This document shows positions 1 through 7,971 of a stretch of DNA of 64,000 nucleotides, piece by piece. The notes under the pieces are model-generated. The model was given only the letters and a program-made list of their open reading frames with translations, searched no databases and had not been told where the DNA came from. Source of the DNA: an uncultured Bifidobacterium sp. (GTDB lineage: Bacteria; Actinomycetota; Acidimicrobiia; Acidimicrobiales; Ilumatobacteraceae). Made by a program: the position numbers and the translations under genes. The stretch lies in the NCBI GenBank assembly GCA_964449085.1, contig CAYVAV010000005.1, positions 785 to 64,784 on the forward strand, read 5' to 3'. Numbering within the stretch: the first letter of the stretch is position 1; every line of letters starts with the position of its first letter.

Positions 1-324
1 TTGCGCCATGTGGCTCATATCGGAGTGAGATCTCGTGCGTTTGCGTTTGCTGCAAATTCCAAACAGGCACCAACAACGGAACCCTATGTGGAGCTCCACA
101 CTCCATCGGGTGACGTATGGACGTGGGGAGACTCATCTTCTGATGATGTTGTTCGCGGACCTGCGTTGGGCTTTTGTCAGTTGGTGACTCAACGTCGTCA
201 CGTTGACGACACGGGTGTCACTGCTCATGGCGAAGGAGCAATCGCATGGGTGAAGATTGCTCAAGCATTTGCCGGCCCTCCTGGAAAGGGTCGAACGCCA
301 GGTCAGTTCACAACTGCGACATGA
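1..324 (+). CDS. C-terminal fragment of a DinB/MDMPI-superfamily protein (TIGR03084-like); 5' end cut by the window edge
   Basis: The frame is open from base 1 to the stop at 322-324. The tail motifs CQLVTQRRH and IAQAFAGPPGKGRTPGQF resemble the mycothiol-dependent maleylpyruvate-isomerase-like family. Family assignment is from memory only. Confidence 0.45.
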   Translation: MRHVAHIGVRSRAFAFAANSKQAPTTEPYVELHTPSGDVWTWGDSSSDDVVRGPALGFCQLVTQRRHVDDTGVTAHGEGAIAWVKIAQAFAGPPGKGRTPGQFTTAT

Positions 325-1102
325 GGTGAAATACTTCTGCAGCATTAAACCCATGTGGTGCGCCGAGGTCGGCCATGCGCTGTGTAATCCGTGAGTGGAA
401 TGCGGCCATAGTTTTGTCGTCCACTGCTTTCATGGTTGATTCAAATTGTGAGCGATGTTCTTCGAGTGCGGCGAGTTTGGTGGCACAAGATGTCGTGATG
501 TCTTCAACATGGTTCGGTTCGTCTGCTTCCCACAACAAGAGTGCATCTGGTCGGTGATGTGTGAGCCCATCAGCAACGTGATGTTTGAGAAAGTGCGGGT
601 CACGCGCTGCAACAATTGCATCGCACACAATGAAACCAGTATTTCGATGATCAGGGTGTAGTCGATACCGTTTCCACGGGTCATGTGTGAGCACAACAGA
701 TGGTTGCAATGTGCGGATCACTCGTGCAACACGTTCCACTGCTTCATCGGTATGACGAAGTTCGCCGTCAACATATCCAAGAAATGTCACTGTTCCTGTG
801 GCTCCGAGACGAGATGCTGCATTTCGTTGTTCTTGTTGACGTAGGGAAACGAGAGCTGATGTGTCGGCATTGACATCCCATGTCCCTTTGGATCCATCGG
901 TCATCACAAGGTGATGCACAACGGTGCCCGCTGCCGCCCACTTTGCCAAAGTGCCACCACTGCCAAACTCAACATCATCTGGATGCGCACCAATCGATAA
1001 TGCGCTGGCAGGCACCGTGTGGTTGCGTGTCCATGATTGAACGTTAGGGGACTGAGTAGATGGATTGGCGACGGGCGGTTGACCTGGATCGTTAGCGCTC
1101 AT
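308..1102 (-). CDS. PIG-L (LmbE) family deacetylase
   Basis: Carries AHPDDVEFGSGGTLAKW, MTDGSKG and HPDHRNTG motifs typical of PIG-L/MshB/Mca-type zinc deacetylases. The start overlaps the cofC stop (ATGA). Confidence 0.85.
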   Translation of the reverse strand: MSANDPGQPPVANPSTQSPNVQSWTRNHTVPASALSIGAHPDDVEFGSGGTLAKWAAAGTVVHHLVMTDGSKGTWDVNADTSALVSLRQQEQRNAASRLGATGTVTFLGYVDGELRHTDEAVERVARVIRTLQPSVVLTHDPWKRYRLHPDHRNTGFIVCDAIVAARDPHFLKHHVADGLTHHRPDALLLWEADEPNHVEDITTSCATKLAALEEHRSQFESTMKAVDDKTMAAFHSRITQRMADLGAPHGFNAAEVFHLMSQL

Positions 1103-1716
1103 GTCGGGAGTCCTTTCGCTGTGTCGTTGGGAGACGGGTTGCTATCGACTGAATCGCTGCGTGCATTCAGCTCAGCAAGATCGTCAGCAGTGTCTAGGTC
1201 AAGAGCCAACTCATCGTCTTCAATAGTGCGGTAAGTGAGTCCGAGACTCTGTGCGCGTTCTACATGGCGGGCATAACTGTTGGGGCCATACGCGGTATCA
1301 AAGGGAGAAGAAGTTGGCATCGCGATCACGTTCGTACCGTCGTGGTGACGATCAGGAACAAAAGTGATTGTGTCTGCAATGACTACGTGGTCGAAACGAT
1401 GAGCAAGCGGCATGTCGGCGTGTGAGATCACAACGTGATCGATGCCATCACGCAGTGCCTGGTGTCGTCCCGCGCGCACGGCTGCATCAATGCCAGATTC
1501 GCTACAGCGCACGACAATGGCGTTGCAATCTTTTGCCCATTGGGCCACATCATCGTCGTCGCATACCACATACGTTGGCCAGTCTTTTCCAGCGGCGACC
1601 ACGCGGGTCGCACATTCTTTCGCGAGCACTGCTCGTGCGTCCTCAGACAATGCGTTCGCCAATCGCCCTTTGGCGATTGCAAAAGATTTCACTGGAACAA
1701 TAAGTGCCACGCGCAC
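1099..1716 (-). CDS. cofC: 2-phospho-L-lactate/phosphoenolpyruvate guanylyltransferase (CofC/FbiD), F420 biosynthesis
   Basis: The N-terminus MRVALIVPVKSFAIAKGRL is the characteristic CofC signature. About 200 aa, with a MobA-like nucleotidyltransferase pattern. Confidence 0.75.
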   Translation of the reverse strand: MRVALIVPVKSFAIAKGRLANALSEDARAVLAKECATRVVAAGKDWPTYVVCDDDDVAQWAKDCNAIVVRCSESGIDAAVRAGRHQALRDGIDHVVISHADMPLAHRFDHVVIADTITFVPDRHHDGTNVIAMPTSSPFDTAYGPNSYARHVERAQSLGLTYRTIEDDELALDLDTADDLAELNARSDSVDSNPSPNDTAKGLPT

Positions 1717-1738
1717 TCGGTCAGCCTACGCTCGTGAC

Positions 1739-2746
1739 ATGTCCGCATCGATGCCTCAACGTGTCGCGGTTATTGGCGCTGGTTCATGGGGTACAACTGT
1801 TGCATCGTTCGTGTCAATGAACACTGAAACAGTGTTGTGGGCACGGCGAAGTGATGTTGCACAGGCAATTACCTCGGTACATCACAACCCCACATATCTT
1901 CCAGACATTGCATTGTCAGCATCGCTCACTGCCACAAACTCACTGAAAGACGCTGTTGCCGGATGTGATGTTCTGGTGATGGCGGTGCCTTCGCATGGTT
2001 TTCGCGACATCCTCGTGGCGCTGTCACCCCATCTCGCTACTGGTGTGCCTGTCGTAAGTTTGACGAAGGGTCTTGAACCTGTCAGTGGTCTGCGAATGTC
2101 AGAAGTGGTCGGAGAAGTAGTGCCACGCAGTCCAGTTGCTGTTCTGACCGGTCCTAATCTTGCGCGCGAGATTGCCCTGGGACAACCAGCTGCGAGCGTG
2201 ATCGCCACAAGTGACGCAAATCTTGCGCGCAATCTGCAACATGCGTTTAACAGACCAACTTGGCGCATGTACACAAACAGTGATGTCGTCGGATGTGAAA
2301 TTGCAGGTGTCGTAAAAAATGTCATCGCAATTGGCGCAGGAATGGCGTTTGGTCTGGGTTTTGGCGACAACACTCGCGCCGCGCTTATCACGCGTGGTCT
2401 TGCTGAAATCACTCGCCTCGCAGTGGCGATGGGGGCGCGTCCTGAGACTTTTGCCGGGCTCGCTGGCATGGGTGACCTGATTGCAACGTGTGCGTCTTCG
2501 ATGAGTCGTAACAACACTGTTGGGCGTCGTCTTGGACAAGGTGAATCGCTTGCATCAATTGTTGAGTCAACTTCGATGGTTGCCGAAGGAGTAAAGAGCT
2601 CTGCTGCAGTGCTCGATTTGGCGCGTACCTACAACGTGGAGATGCCAATCACCGAACAAGTTGTTGCCGTGTGCCATCACGGAGTGCACGCAGCAGATGC
2701 GACCCGAGCCTTGATGACACGAGCCCTCAAACAAGAAAACGACTGA
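1739..2746 (+). CDS. gpsA: NAD(P)H-dependent glycerol-3-phosphate dehydrogenase
   Basis: RVAVIGAGSWGTTVA Rossmann motif and GVVKNVIAIGAGMA motif. The start was moved to ATG 1739 because the upstream 99 codons of the ORF overlap cofC on the other strand. TACGCT lies 6 nt upstream of this ATG. Confidence 0.9.
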   Translation: MSASMPQRVAVIGAGSWGTTVASFVSMNTETVLWARRSDVAQAITSVHHNPTYLPDIALSASLTATNSLKDAVAGCDVLVMAVPSHGFRDILVALSPHLATGVPVVSLTKGLEPVSGLRMSEVVGEVVPRSPVAVLTGPNLAREIALGQPAASVIATSDANLARNLQHAFNRPTWRMYTNSDVVGCEIAGVVKNVIAIGAGMAFGLGFGDNTRAALITRGLAEITRLAVAMGARPETFAGLAGMGDLIATCASSMSRNNTVGRRLGQGESLASIVESTSMVAEGVKSSAAVLDLARTYNVEMPITEQVVAVCHHGVHAADATRALMTRALKQEND

Positions 2747-3957
2747 TGACAGATTCACCACAAAGATTCATTGGCATTCGATCCCGTGAATGGCGTGCAC
2801 GAGTCACCTACGACGGAACTGTGGTGCCTCAAGATGGTGGCGCATCTCTGTCGTGGCATGTCGCGGCTGATGATCGCTGGTATTCACCATCGCGCGAACC
2901 ATCGGTGCGGCAGAAGTGGTTCGCGGGGTACCCGGTGGTGGAAACACGAATGAAAGTCCCATCGGGCGACATTGTGCAACGTACGTATTGCATTGCAGAT
3001 CTCGGTGGCATGACTGTTGTGGAGTTTGAAAATGAATCAACGTTGCCCGTTGCGGTTGCGGTGACACGTCGTGATGTGCTCACAACTCGACCAACGATCG
3101 ACAACCCTCCTCAAGGCATTGACTTGCCCTCTGAATCAATTGTGTTGCCACTAGCACATTCAGCTATCACGCGTGTTGGCCTCTTGCATGATCGTCCTCA
3201 CGCCGGACGGTTGCCCGATGACATTCCGTCATTTCAGGAAGTGGTGCGCGGATGGGAGTCGGCCTGCAATGTTGCATCGCGTGTTTCTGTTCCCGATCAC
3301 ACGTTAACCGCAGGGATTTCAGCGGTGCGTTGCGCTCTTCTTCTTGATGACAGTGATGTGTTATCGCACATCACTGATGATGAATATCGTGACCATCATT
3401 TGATTGAACTAGCGCGGCTAGGTGAGACAGATGATGACATCATCATCGACGTTGTTAATGCAGTTGAGAAACGAATCAAAAAAGAACGTCGAGCTTCACA
3501 ACTTGCGTGGGATACCCCGCATCTTTTGGCGACAGCCACATGGGTGTGCGAAAAACTTGGCGATGATCTTGCATCTGCAGACATTGGTCGCACATGGTTG
3601 CGCATGGCAGACACACCAGTCGCACCACTTCCTGCCATATCTCCCACGGGTCTTGGAATGATTGCGTGGGTGGAGTCATTGTTGGTGGGCGCAAATCCAG
3701 CAGGTGGTATGTGCACAGTGTTGCCTCATGGCATTCCAGAAACGTGGTGGGGCGCTCATTTTGAGTGCCACGGACTTGTGGCAGACCCACGACATCGTTT
3801 GTCGTATGCGATTCGTTGGCATGGTGAACGACCTGCGTTGTTGTGGGAAATGGCAGGAGAGCCGGGCATTGTTATTGCTGGTGGCATCACAAACGAAGAG
3901 TGGCACACCACCGACTTGTCTGGCGAGACATTGCTTGCTGCGCCACAATCGCCGTAG
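2746..3957 (+). CDS. Hypothetical protein (403 aa), no recognised domain
   Basis: Long ORF. ATG 2746 overlaps the gpsA stop (TGATG), which suggests translational coupling. No motif I can name. Confidence 0.6.
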   Translation: MTDSPQRFIGIRSREWRARVTYDGTVVPQDGGASLSWHVAADDRWYSPSREPSVRQKWFAGYPVVETRMKVPSGDIVQRTYCIADLGGMTVVEFENESTLPVAVAVTRRDVLTTRPTIDNPPQGIDLPSESIVLPLAHSAITRVGLLHDRPHAGRLPDDIPSFQEVVRGWESACNVASRVSVPDHTLTAGISAVRCALLLDDSDVLSHITDDEYRDHHLIELARLGETDDDIIIDVVNAVEKRIKKERRASQLAWDTPHLLATATWVCEKLGDDLASADIGRTWLRMADTPVAPLPAISPTGLGMIAWVESLLVGANPAGGMCTVLPHGIPETWWGAHFECHGLVADPRHRLSYAIRWHGERPALLWEMAGEPGIVIAGGITNEEWHTTDLSGETLLAAPQSP

Positions 3958-3975
3958 GTTGCCCGTAGATCCATC

Positions 3976-4620
3976 ATGGCTCGACCAATACCTGACTTTG
4001 CGACAGAACGTGCGCTGATCAATTCCGGAGCAGCACTTGTTGCTGGTATGGATGAAGTGGGTCGTGGCGCAATCGCAGGACCAGTCATGGTGGGAGTTGT
4101 CGTTGTGAATCGTGACATCGTGATGAGTGGAGAAATTCCGCACGGATTAGCCGATAGCAAGTTGTTGTCTGAAAAACGTCGAGAGGGATTAGTTGATCCT
4201 GTGCGCGCGTGGTGCGTGTCGTGGGCAGTCGGTGCAGCTGACGCAACGGAAATTGATGAAGTGGGAATCATGGCTGCGTTGCAGTTGGCTGGACAGCGCG
4301 CGTTGAGTCAAATCGGAGTGCAACCAGATGTGGTGATAGTGGATGGTCCACTTGATTGGCTGTCGAGCAATTCGGTATCTGATGTTCATCAAGTTCCACG
4401 AGTTGTGACACAAGTGAAAGCTGACCAAGTGTGTGCGAGTGTCGCGGCAGCGAGCATTGTGTCGAAGGTGCAGCGTGACCACGTCATGATCAGCCTGCAT
4501 GAACAATTTCCGGCATACGGATGGGCGTCAAACAAAGGCTATGGCTCGGCCCTCCACCGTCAGGCAATCAGCGATCATGGGGCATGTGATTTTCACCGAC
4601 GTAGTTGGAACTTGAGTTAA
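3976..4620 (+). CDS. rnhB: Ribonuclease HII
   Basis: GMDEVGRGAIAGPVMVGVVV catalytic DEVGRG motif and DSKLLSEKRRE motif. Confidence 0.9.
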   Translation: MARPIPDFATERALINSGAALVAGMDEVGRGAIAGPVMVGVVVVNRDIVMSGEIPHGLADSKLLSEKRREGLVDPVRAWCVSWAVGAADATEIDEVGIMAALQLAGQRALSQIGVQPDVVIVDGPLDWLSSNSVSDVHQVPRVVTQVKADQVCASVAAASIVSKVQRDHVMISLHEQFPAYGWASNKGYGSALHRQAISDHGACDFHRRSWNLS

Positions 4621-4654
4621 CGGAATCAGGAGTCAGACCCGCATCGCGGCTAGC

Positions 4655-5125
4655 GTGAGGGGCATGGGTCAGCCAGTTGCAGTCGAAGAAAAGCGCAGTG
4701 TTGTAGCCGCAACCGTGCGGTTTGAGACGAATCGTTCTCTTACCGGAATGGGACATGAGCGTTTCGCTAGCGCAGCGGAAGCAAAAGGAACTCGACCTGC
4801 TGCTGTTGTGGCGCGTCGTTTATTCGAAACGGGTCAAGTGTCTGGTGTGCACGTGTTTGGAAACATCGTGACCTGCACACTTGCTCCTGGTGCAACTCCA
4901 CAAGGTCTCACCGACATTGTTCGCGATCTGTACCAATACTGGAAGCCAGGAATGACACCACCGTCAGCAGAAGAGTTGATGTCCCAGGTTGAGGCGCCTC
5001 CTGCTGCGACTGAATCAGCAAGTAGCGATGCGGGTTCTGGGCCTGTTGTTGACTCACGTATTCCCGCACATTTGTTGGAACGATCAGCTGCAGCGCGTGC
5101 TCGCTGGGCAGCAAAAGCCAGCTGA
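4655..5125 (+). CDS. Hypothetical protein, possibly an Nfu_N-like scaffold-domain protein
   Basis: 156-aa ORF (GTG 4655, or ATG 4664). The central segment SGVHVFGNIVTCTL is loosely reminiscent of NifU/Nfu N-terminal-domain proteins. Function is not supported beyond that. Confidence 0.45.
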   Translation: MRGMGQPVAVEEKRSVVAATVRFETNRSLTGMGHERFASAAEAKGTRPAAVVARRLFETGQVSGVHVFGNIVTCTLAPGATPQGLTDIVRDLYQYWKPGMTPPSAEELMSQVEAPPAATESASSDAGSGPVVDSRIPAHLLERSAAARARWAAKAS

Positions 5126-5129
5126 CTTT

Positions 5130-5158
5130 GCCGTAACTGAAATCGCCGTAACTGAAAT
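5130..5158. repeat. Tandem direct repeat, 2 x GCCGTAACTGAAAT with a 15-bp period
   Basis: Read directly: GCCGTAACTGAAAT at 5130-5143 and again at 5145-5158, immediately upstream of the imuA' SOS box. Confidence 0.9.
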
Positions 5159-5166
5159 TCTAAGTA

Positions 5167-5182
5167 TCGAACATGTGTTCGA
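5167..5182. promoter_or_regulatory. LexA operator (SOS box), perfect TCGAAC-N4-GTTCGA
   Basis: The sequence TCGAACATGTGTTCGA matches the actinobacterial/Gram-positive SOS-box palindrome exactly. It is followed by TACAGT (5183-5188, TANNNT -10-like) and ATG 5197. Confidence 0.85.
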
Positions 5183-5196
5183 TACAGTACCTCGCC

Positions 5197-5874
5197 ATGG
5201 GTGCACGTGGCAATACCAACACTGATGTTCTTGCCCGTGTTTTCACGCAGGTACCCACTGGGGTGAGCACGGCACAACAGTTGTTGCAGCGCACGTCGGC
5301 TTCCCGTGGCCGTCCTGTTGTTGCAGCTCTGCAGTCGTTGTTTCCTCGTGGCGGACTTGAGTCTGGTGCAATCTATGAGTGTCGCGGGCAAGCAGCAGTG
5401 TCGTTTGCGTGTGCGGCAATTGCAGCTGCCACACAAGACAATGCATGGGCATGTTTTTTTCATCTCTCCTCGCTCAACATGCATGCAGCGGCTGACCTTG
5501 GCGTGGTTCCACATCGTGTTGTGTTCACAACATGTTCAGAGCAGGCATCGTCTTCGCAACACGCACATGTTTTGGCAGCACTTGTAGAGGGATTTGATTT
5601 TGTAGTTGCGGAGGCACCTCGGTGTACGCCTTCTGCTGCACGTGCTATTGCGGCACGCGCTCAACGACACGGAAGCACTGTGTTGTTGCTGGGGCAACAT
5701 GCATTTCGAACTGATGCAGTGATCACCGCGAGTGCAACTGATTGGATGTTCTTCGACCGGCTTGTGTCGCGCAGAGTTCACGTCGTATTTCATGATCGCC
5801 ATCAGTATCGCAATAGAGAAATACAAGTGCTGCTTCCAGATAGCTGTGGCGGCATCAGTAGTTGCACTGCATAA
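5197..5874 (+). CDS. imuA': ImuA'-like mutasome accessory protein (RecA-fold remnant)
   Basis: Sits directly upstream of imuB and dnaE2 and behind an SOS box, with size and composition like mycobacterial ImuA'. Start chosen at ATG 5197 because the earlier ATG 5173 lies inside the LexA box and 5197 sits 8 nt after a TANNNT hexamer. 5173 remains possible. Confidence 0.7.
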   Translation: MGARGNTNTDVLARVFTQVPTGVSTAQQLLQRTSASRGRPVVAALQSLFPRGGLESGAIYECRGQAAVSFACAAIAAATQDNAWACFFHLSSLNMHAAADLGVVPHRVVFTTCSEQASSSQHAHVLAALVEGFDFVVAEAPRCTPSAARAIAARAQRHGSTVLLLGQHAFRTDAVITASATDWMFFDRLVSRRVHVVFHDRHQYRNREIQVLLPDSCGGISSCTA

Positions 5875-5883
5875 AAAGATGTC

Positions 5884-7347
5884 ATGGTCACGCAATCACG
5901 GACACTTGTTCTTTCCTTTCATGAATGGAGTCATCATGTGGATGTCGCTAATGATGGCGACAGTTTTGCCACTGTTATCTCTGAATTAGATCGCATCACT
6001 GCACTGTGCGAAGTAGATGATTGCAACGCGTTTTTATTCCCCATACGTGGGCCAGCACGATATTTCGGTGGCGAAGATGCGCTCGTTCGTCACGTGCATG
6101 GTGTGATGACAACACTGCTTCCTCATGTTGCATGCGGAGTGGGTGTTGGTGACAGTCGATTTATTGCACGAATAGCCTCTCATCATTCGTTCCGCACGGG
6201 TTCTCCGGTTGTTGTGAAGCCACATGAAACAGGAGAGATTCTGCGCACTCTTCCCGTACAGGTGCTCCTTGAGCACACAGGTATTTCATCTGATGTTGTC
6301 GCAGTGTTTCAGCATCTCGGACTGAGCACTCTCGGCAATGTTGCTGATTTGGGAGAGACGGCACTCACCGATCGCTTTGGTGTTGTAGGCAAACACGTAT
6401 TTGCTGTTGCTACAGGGCAAGACGTTGATTTGTTTGTCCCGTCTACAGGGCATACGCCCATTGTGGCTGTGTGCGATTTTGACAACATGACACACCATGC
6501 CTTGAGTGATGCCATGAATGATTCATCAATTGTGGTTGTGATGGCTGAGCAGTCGATACGTCGGTTCACCCAAGAGGTGTCCATGCAAGGATTGCAATGT
6601 TTGCGTCTACGAATTAATTGTGAGACCGACCATGGAGAACATCATGAACGTATTTGGTGCGATACGCGCGGTTTCACCGAAAAATCAATTGTTGAAAGAT
6701 TGACTTGGCAACTTCGTCATTGGCTGCGCAATGTTGATAACCATGATCATCCCACGTCGTACATCACGGCGGTGACGTTGGAGGCTCTTGAGTGTCGTGA
6801 CCTATCGGCAGAAGCAGTCACATTGTGGGATGTGCGTTCAGACAATACCGAACGTGTTATACGCGCATTGGCACGTGTTGCGGTTGCTGATGAAAAAGCA
6901 CGTATCACGGTTCCGGTGTGGAGGGGCGGTCGTGACGTCCTCACATTTGATGCTGTTGATGCATCCATGTTTGATCTACACAGCGATGATGATCACAGAT
7001 GGAAAGTCAAGACCGAATGGAATGGATCTATTCCTGCTCCACGGCCAATGACCTTGTATGACCCTGCAATACCAGTTGTTGTGTATGACGAATCATCGCA
7101 ACCGATTGTGGTAACAGGCCGACACGAACTGTCATCGTCTCCTGCGTTTGTGTACTTTCCTGATGGCACATTATGGAAAGTCGTTATGTGGGCTGATCCA
7201 TGGCCAGTGGAGGAGCGTTGGTGGGACCCACAACGATGGAAGCGTCACGCGCGTTTGCAAATACTCGCCTTGAAAGGGGAGGAGATGGTCGCATGGTTGT
7301 TGTCGGTGGAATCGCGTCAATGGAAGATCGTGGCGGCCTATCACTAG
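5884..7347 (+). CDS. imuB: ImuB, catalytically inactive Y-family polymerase homologue
   Basis: The N-terminal [17 protein letters not shown] region is typical of ImuB. About 490 aa, located between imuA' and dnaE2. Confidence 0.8.
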   Translation: MVTQSRTLVLSFHEWSHHVDVANDGDSFATVISELDRITALCEVDDCNAFLFPIRGPARYFGGEDALVRHVHGVMTTLLPHVACGVGVGDSRFIARIASHHSFRTGSPVVVKPHETGEILRTLPVQVLLEHTGISSDVVAVFQHLGLSTLGNVADLGETALTDRFGVVGKHVFAVATGQDVDLFVPSTGHTPIVAVCDFDNMTHHALSDAMNDSSIVVVMAEQSIRRFTQEVSMQGLQCLRLRINCETDHGEHHERIWCDTRGFTEKSIVERLTWQLRHWLRNVDNHDHPTSYITAVTLEALECRDLSAEAVTLWDVRSDNTERVIRALARVAVADEKARITVPVWRGGRDVLTFDAVDASMFDLHSDDDHRWKVKTEWNGSIPAPRPMTLYDPAIPVVVYDESSQPIVVTGRHELSSSPAFVYFPDGTLWKVVMWADPWPVEERWWDPQRWKRHARLQILALKGEEMVAWLLSVESRQWKIVAAYH

Positions 7348-7357
7348 CATCACCACA

Positions 7358-7927
7358 ATGACTTCGCATGAAGACAAACTGCATGCAGGCATGGTGCAAG
7401 AAGTGATGATGCTTGTGTCGATGCATACCCCAATAGATGCGCGCGAAGAATATTCCATCAAAGAATTTCTGCGGATTGTGCCCACAATGTCTGATCCATG
7501 CAATGAACATGCTGACCTCACACACATCACAGCTTCTGCGATTGTGATGAGCGAAGTGCACGGTTCTGATCAGGTCGTGTTACATAAACACAAACGTCTC
7601 GGTTTGTGGTTACAACCAGGTGGTCATGTCGATACCGGCGAATCAATTAGCGATGCTGCAGTACGGGAAGCGCGGGAAGAAACAGGACTTCATGTGCGAC
7701 ATGCCACAGATACGCCCTTGTTCGTGCATGTTGATGTTCACCCCGGACCACGCGGACATACTCACCTCGATGTGCGCTATCTCCTCATGGCGCCACATGA
7801 CGCTCCTCGCCCTGACGAAGGTGAAAGCCCCGATGTTGCATGGTTCTCATACAACGATGCTCTCGCGGTGGCAGATGAGGCCCTCGTAGGCGCTTTGCGG
7901 GCGATGCGTCAGCAGATGCACCCGTGA
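7358..7927 (+). CDS. NUDIX hydrolase
   Basis: Complete Nudix box [24 protein letters not shown] (GX5EX7REUXEEXGU). Starts 10 nt after the imuB stop. Confidence 0.85.
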   Translation: MTSHEDKLHAGMVQEVMMLVSMHTPIDAREEYSIKEFLRIVPTMSDPCNEHADLTHITASAIVMSEVHGSDQVVLHKHKRLGLWLQPGGHVDTGESISDAAVREAREETGLHVRHATDTPLFVHVDVHPGPRGHTHLDVRYLLMAPHDAPRPDEGESPDVAWFSYNDALAVADEALVGALRAMRQQMHP

Positions 7928-7943
7928 AATCAGCTGGGTAGGG

Positions 7944-7959
7944 GCGAACATATGTTCGA
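7944..7959. promoter_or_regulatory. LexA operator (SOS box), GCGAAC-N4-GTTCGA
   Basis: GCGAACATATGTTCGA has one deviation from the perfect palindrome. It is followed by TACACT (7960-7965, TANNNT), then 6 nt, then the dnaE2 ATG at 7972. Confidence 0.8.
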
Positions 7960-7971
7960 TACACTGCCTTC

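Noticed and set aside
1442-1738. A 99-codon N-terminal extension of the gpsA ORF, as given in the ORF track.
   Set aside because: It overlaps cofC on the opposite strand almost completely and lacks any GpsA-like sequence. The Rossmann motif begins right after ATG 1739, which also has a TANNNT hexamer 6 nt upstream.
4834-5514. A 226-aa minus-strand ORF spanning the imuA' promoter region.
   Set aside because: It overlaps two plus-strand genes and the SOS box, has no motif and an unusual composition (Cys/Arg-rich). I judge it a shadow ORF.
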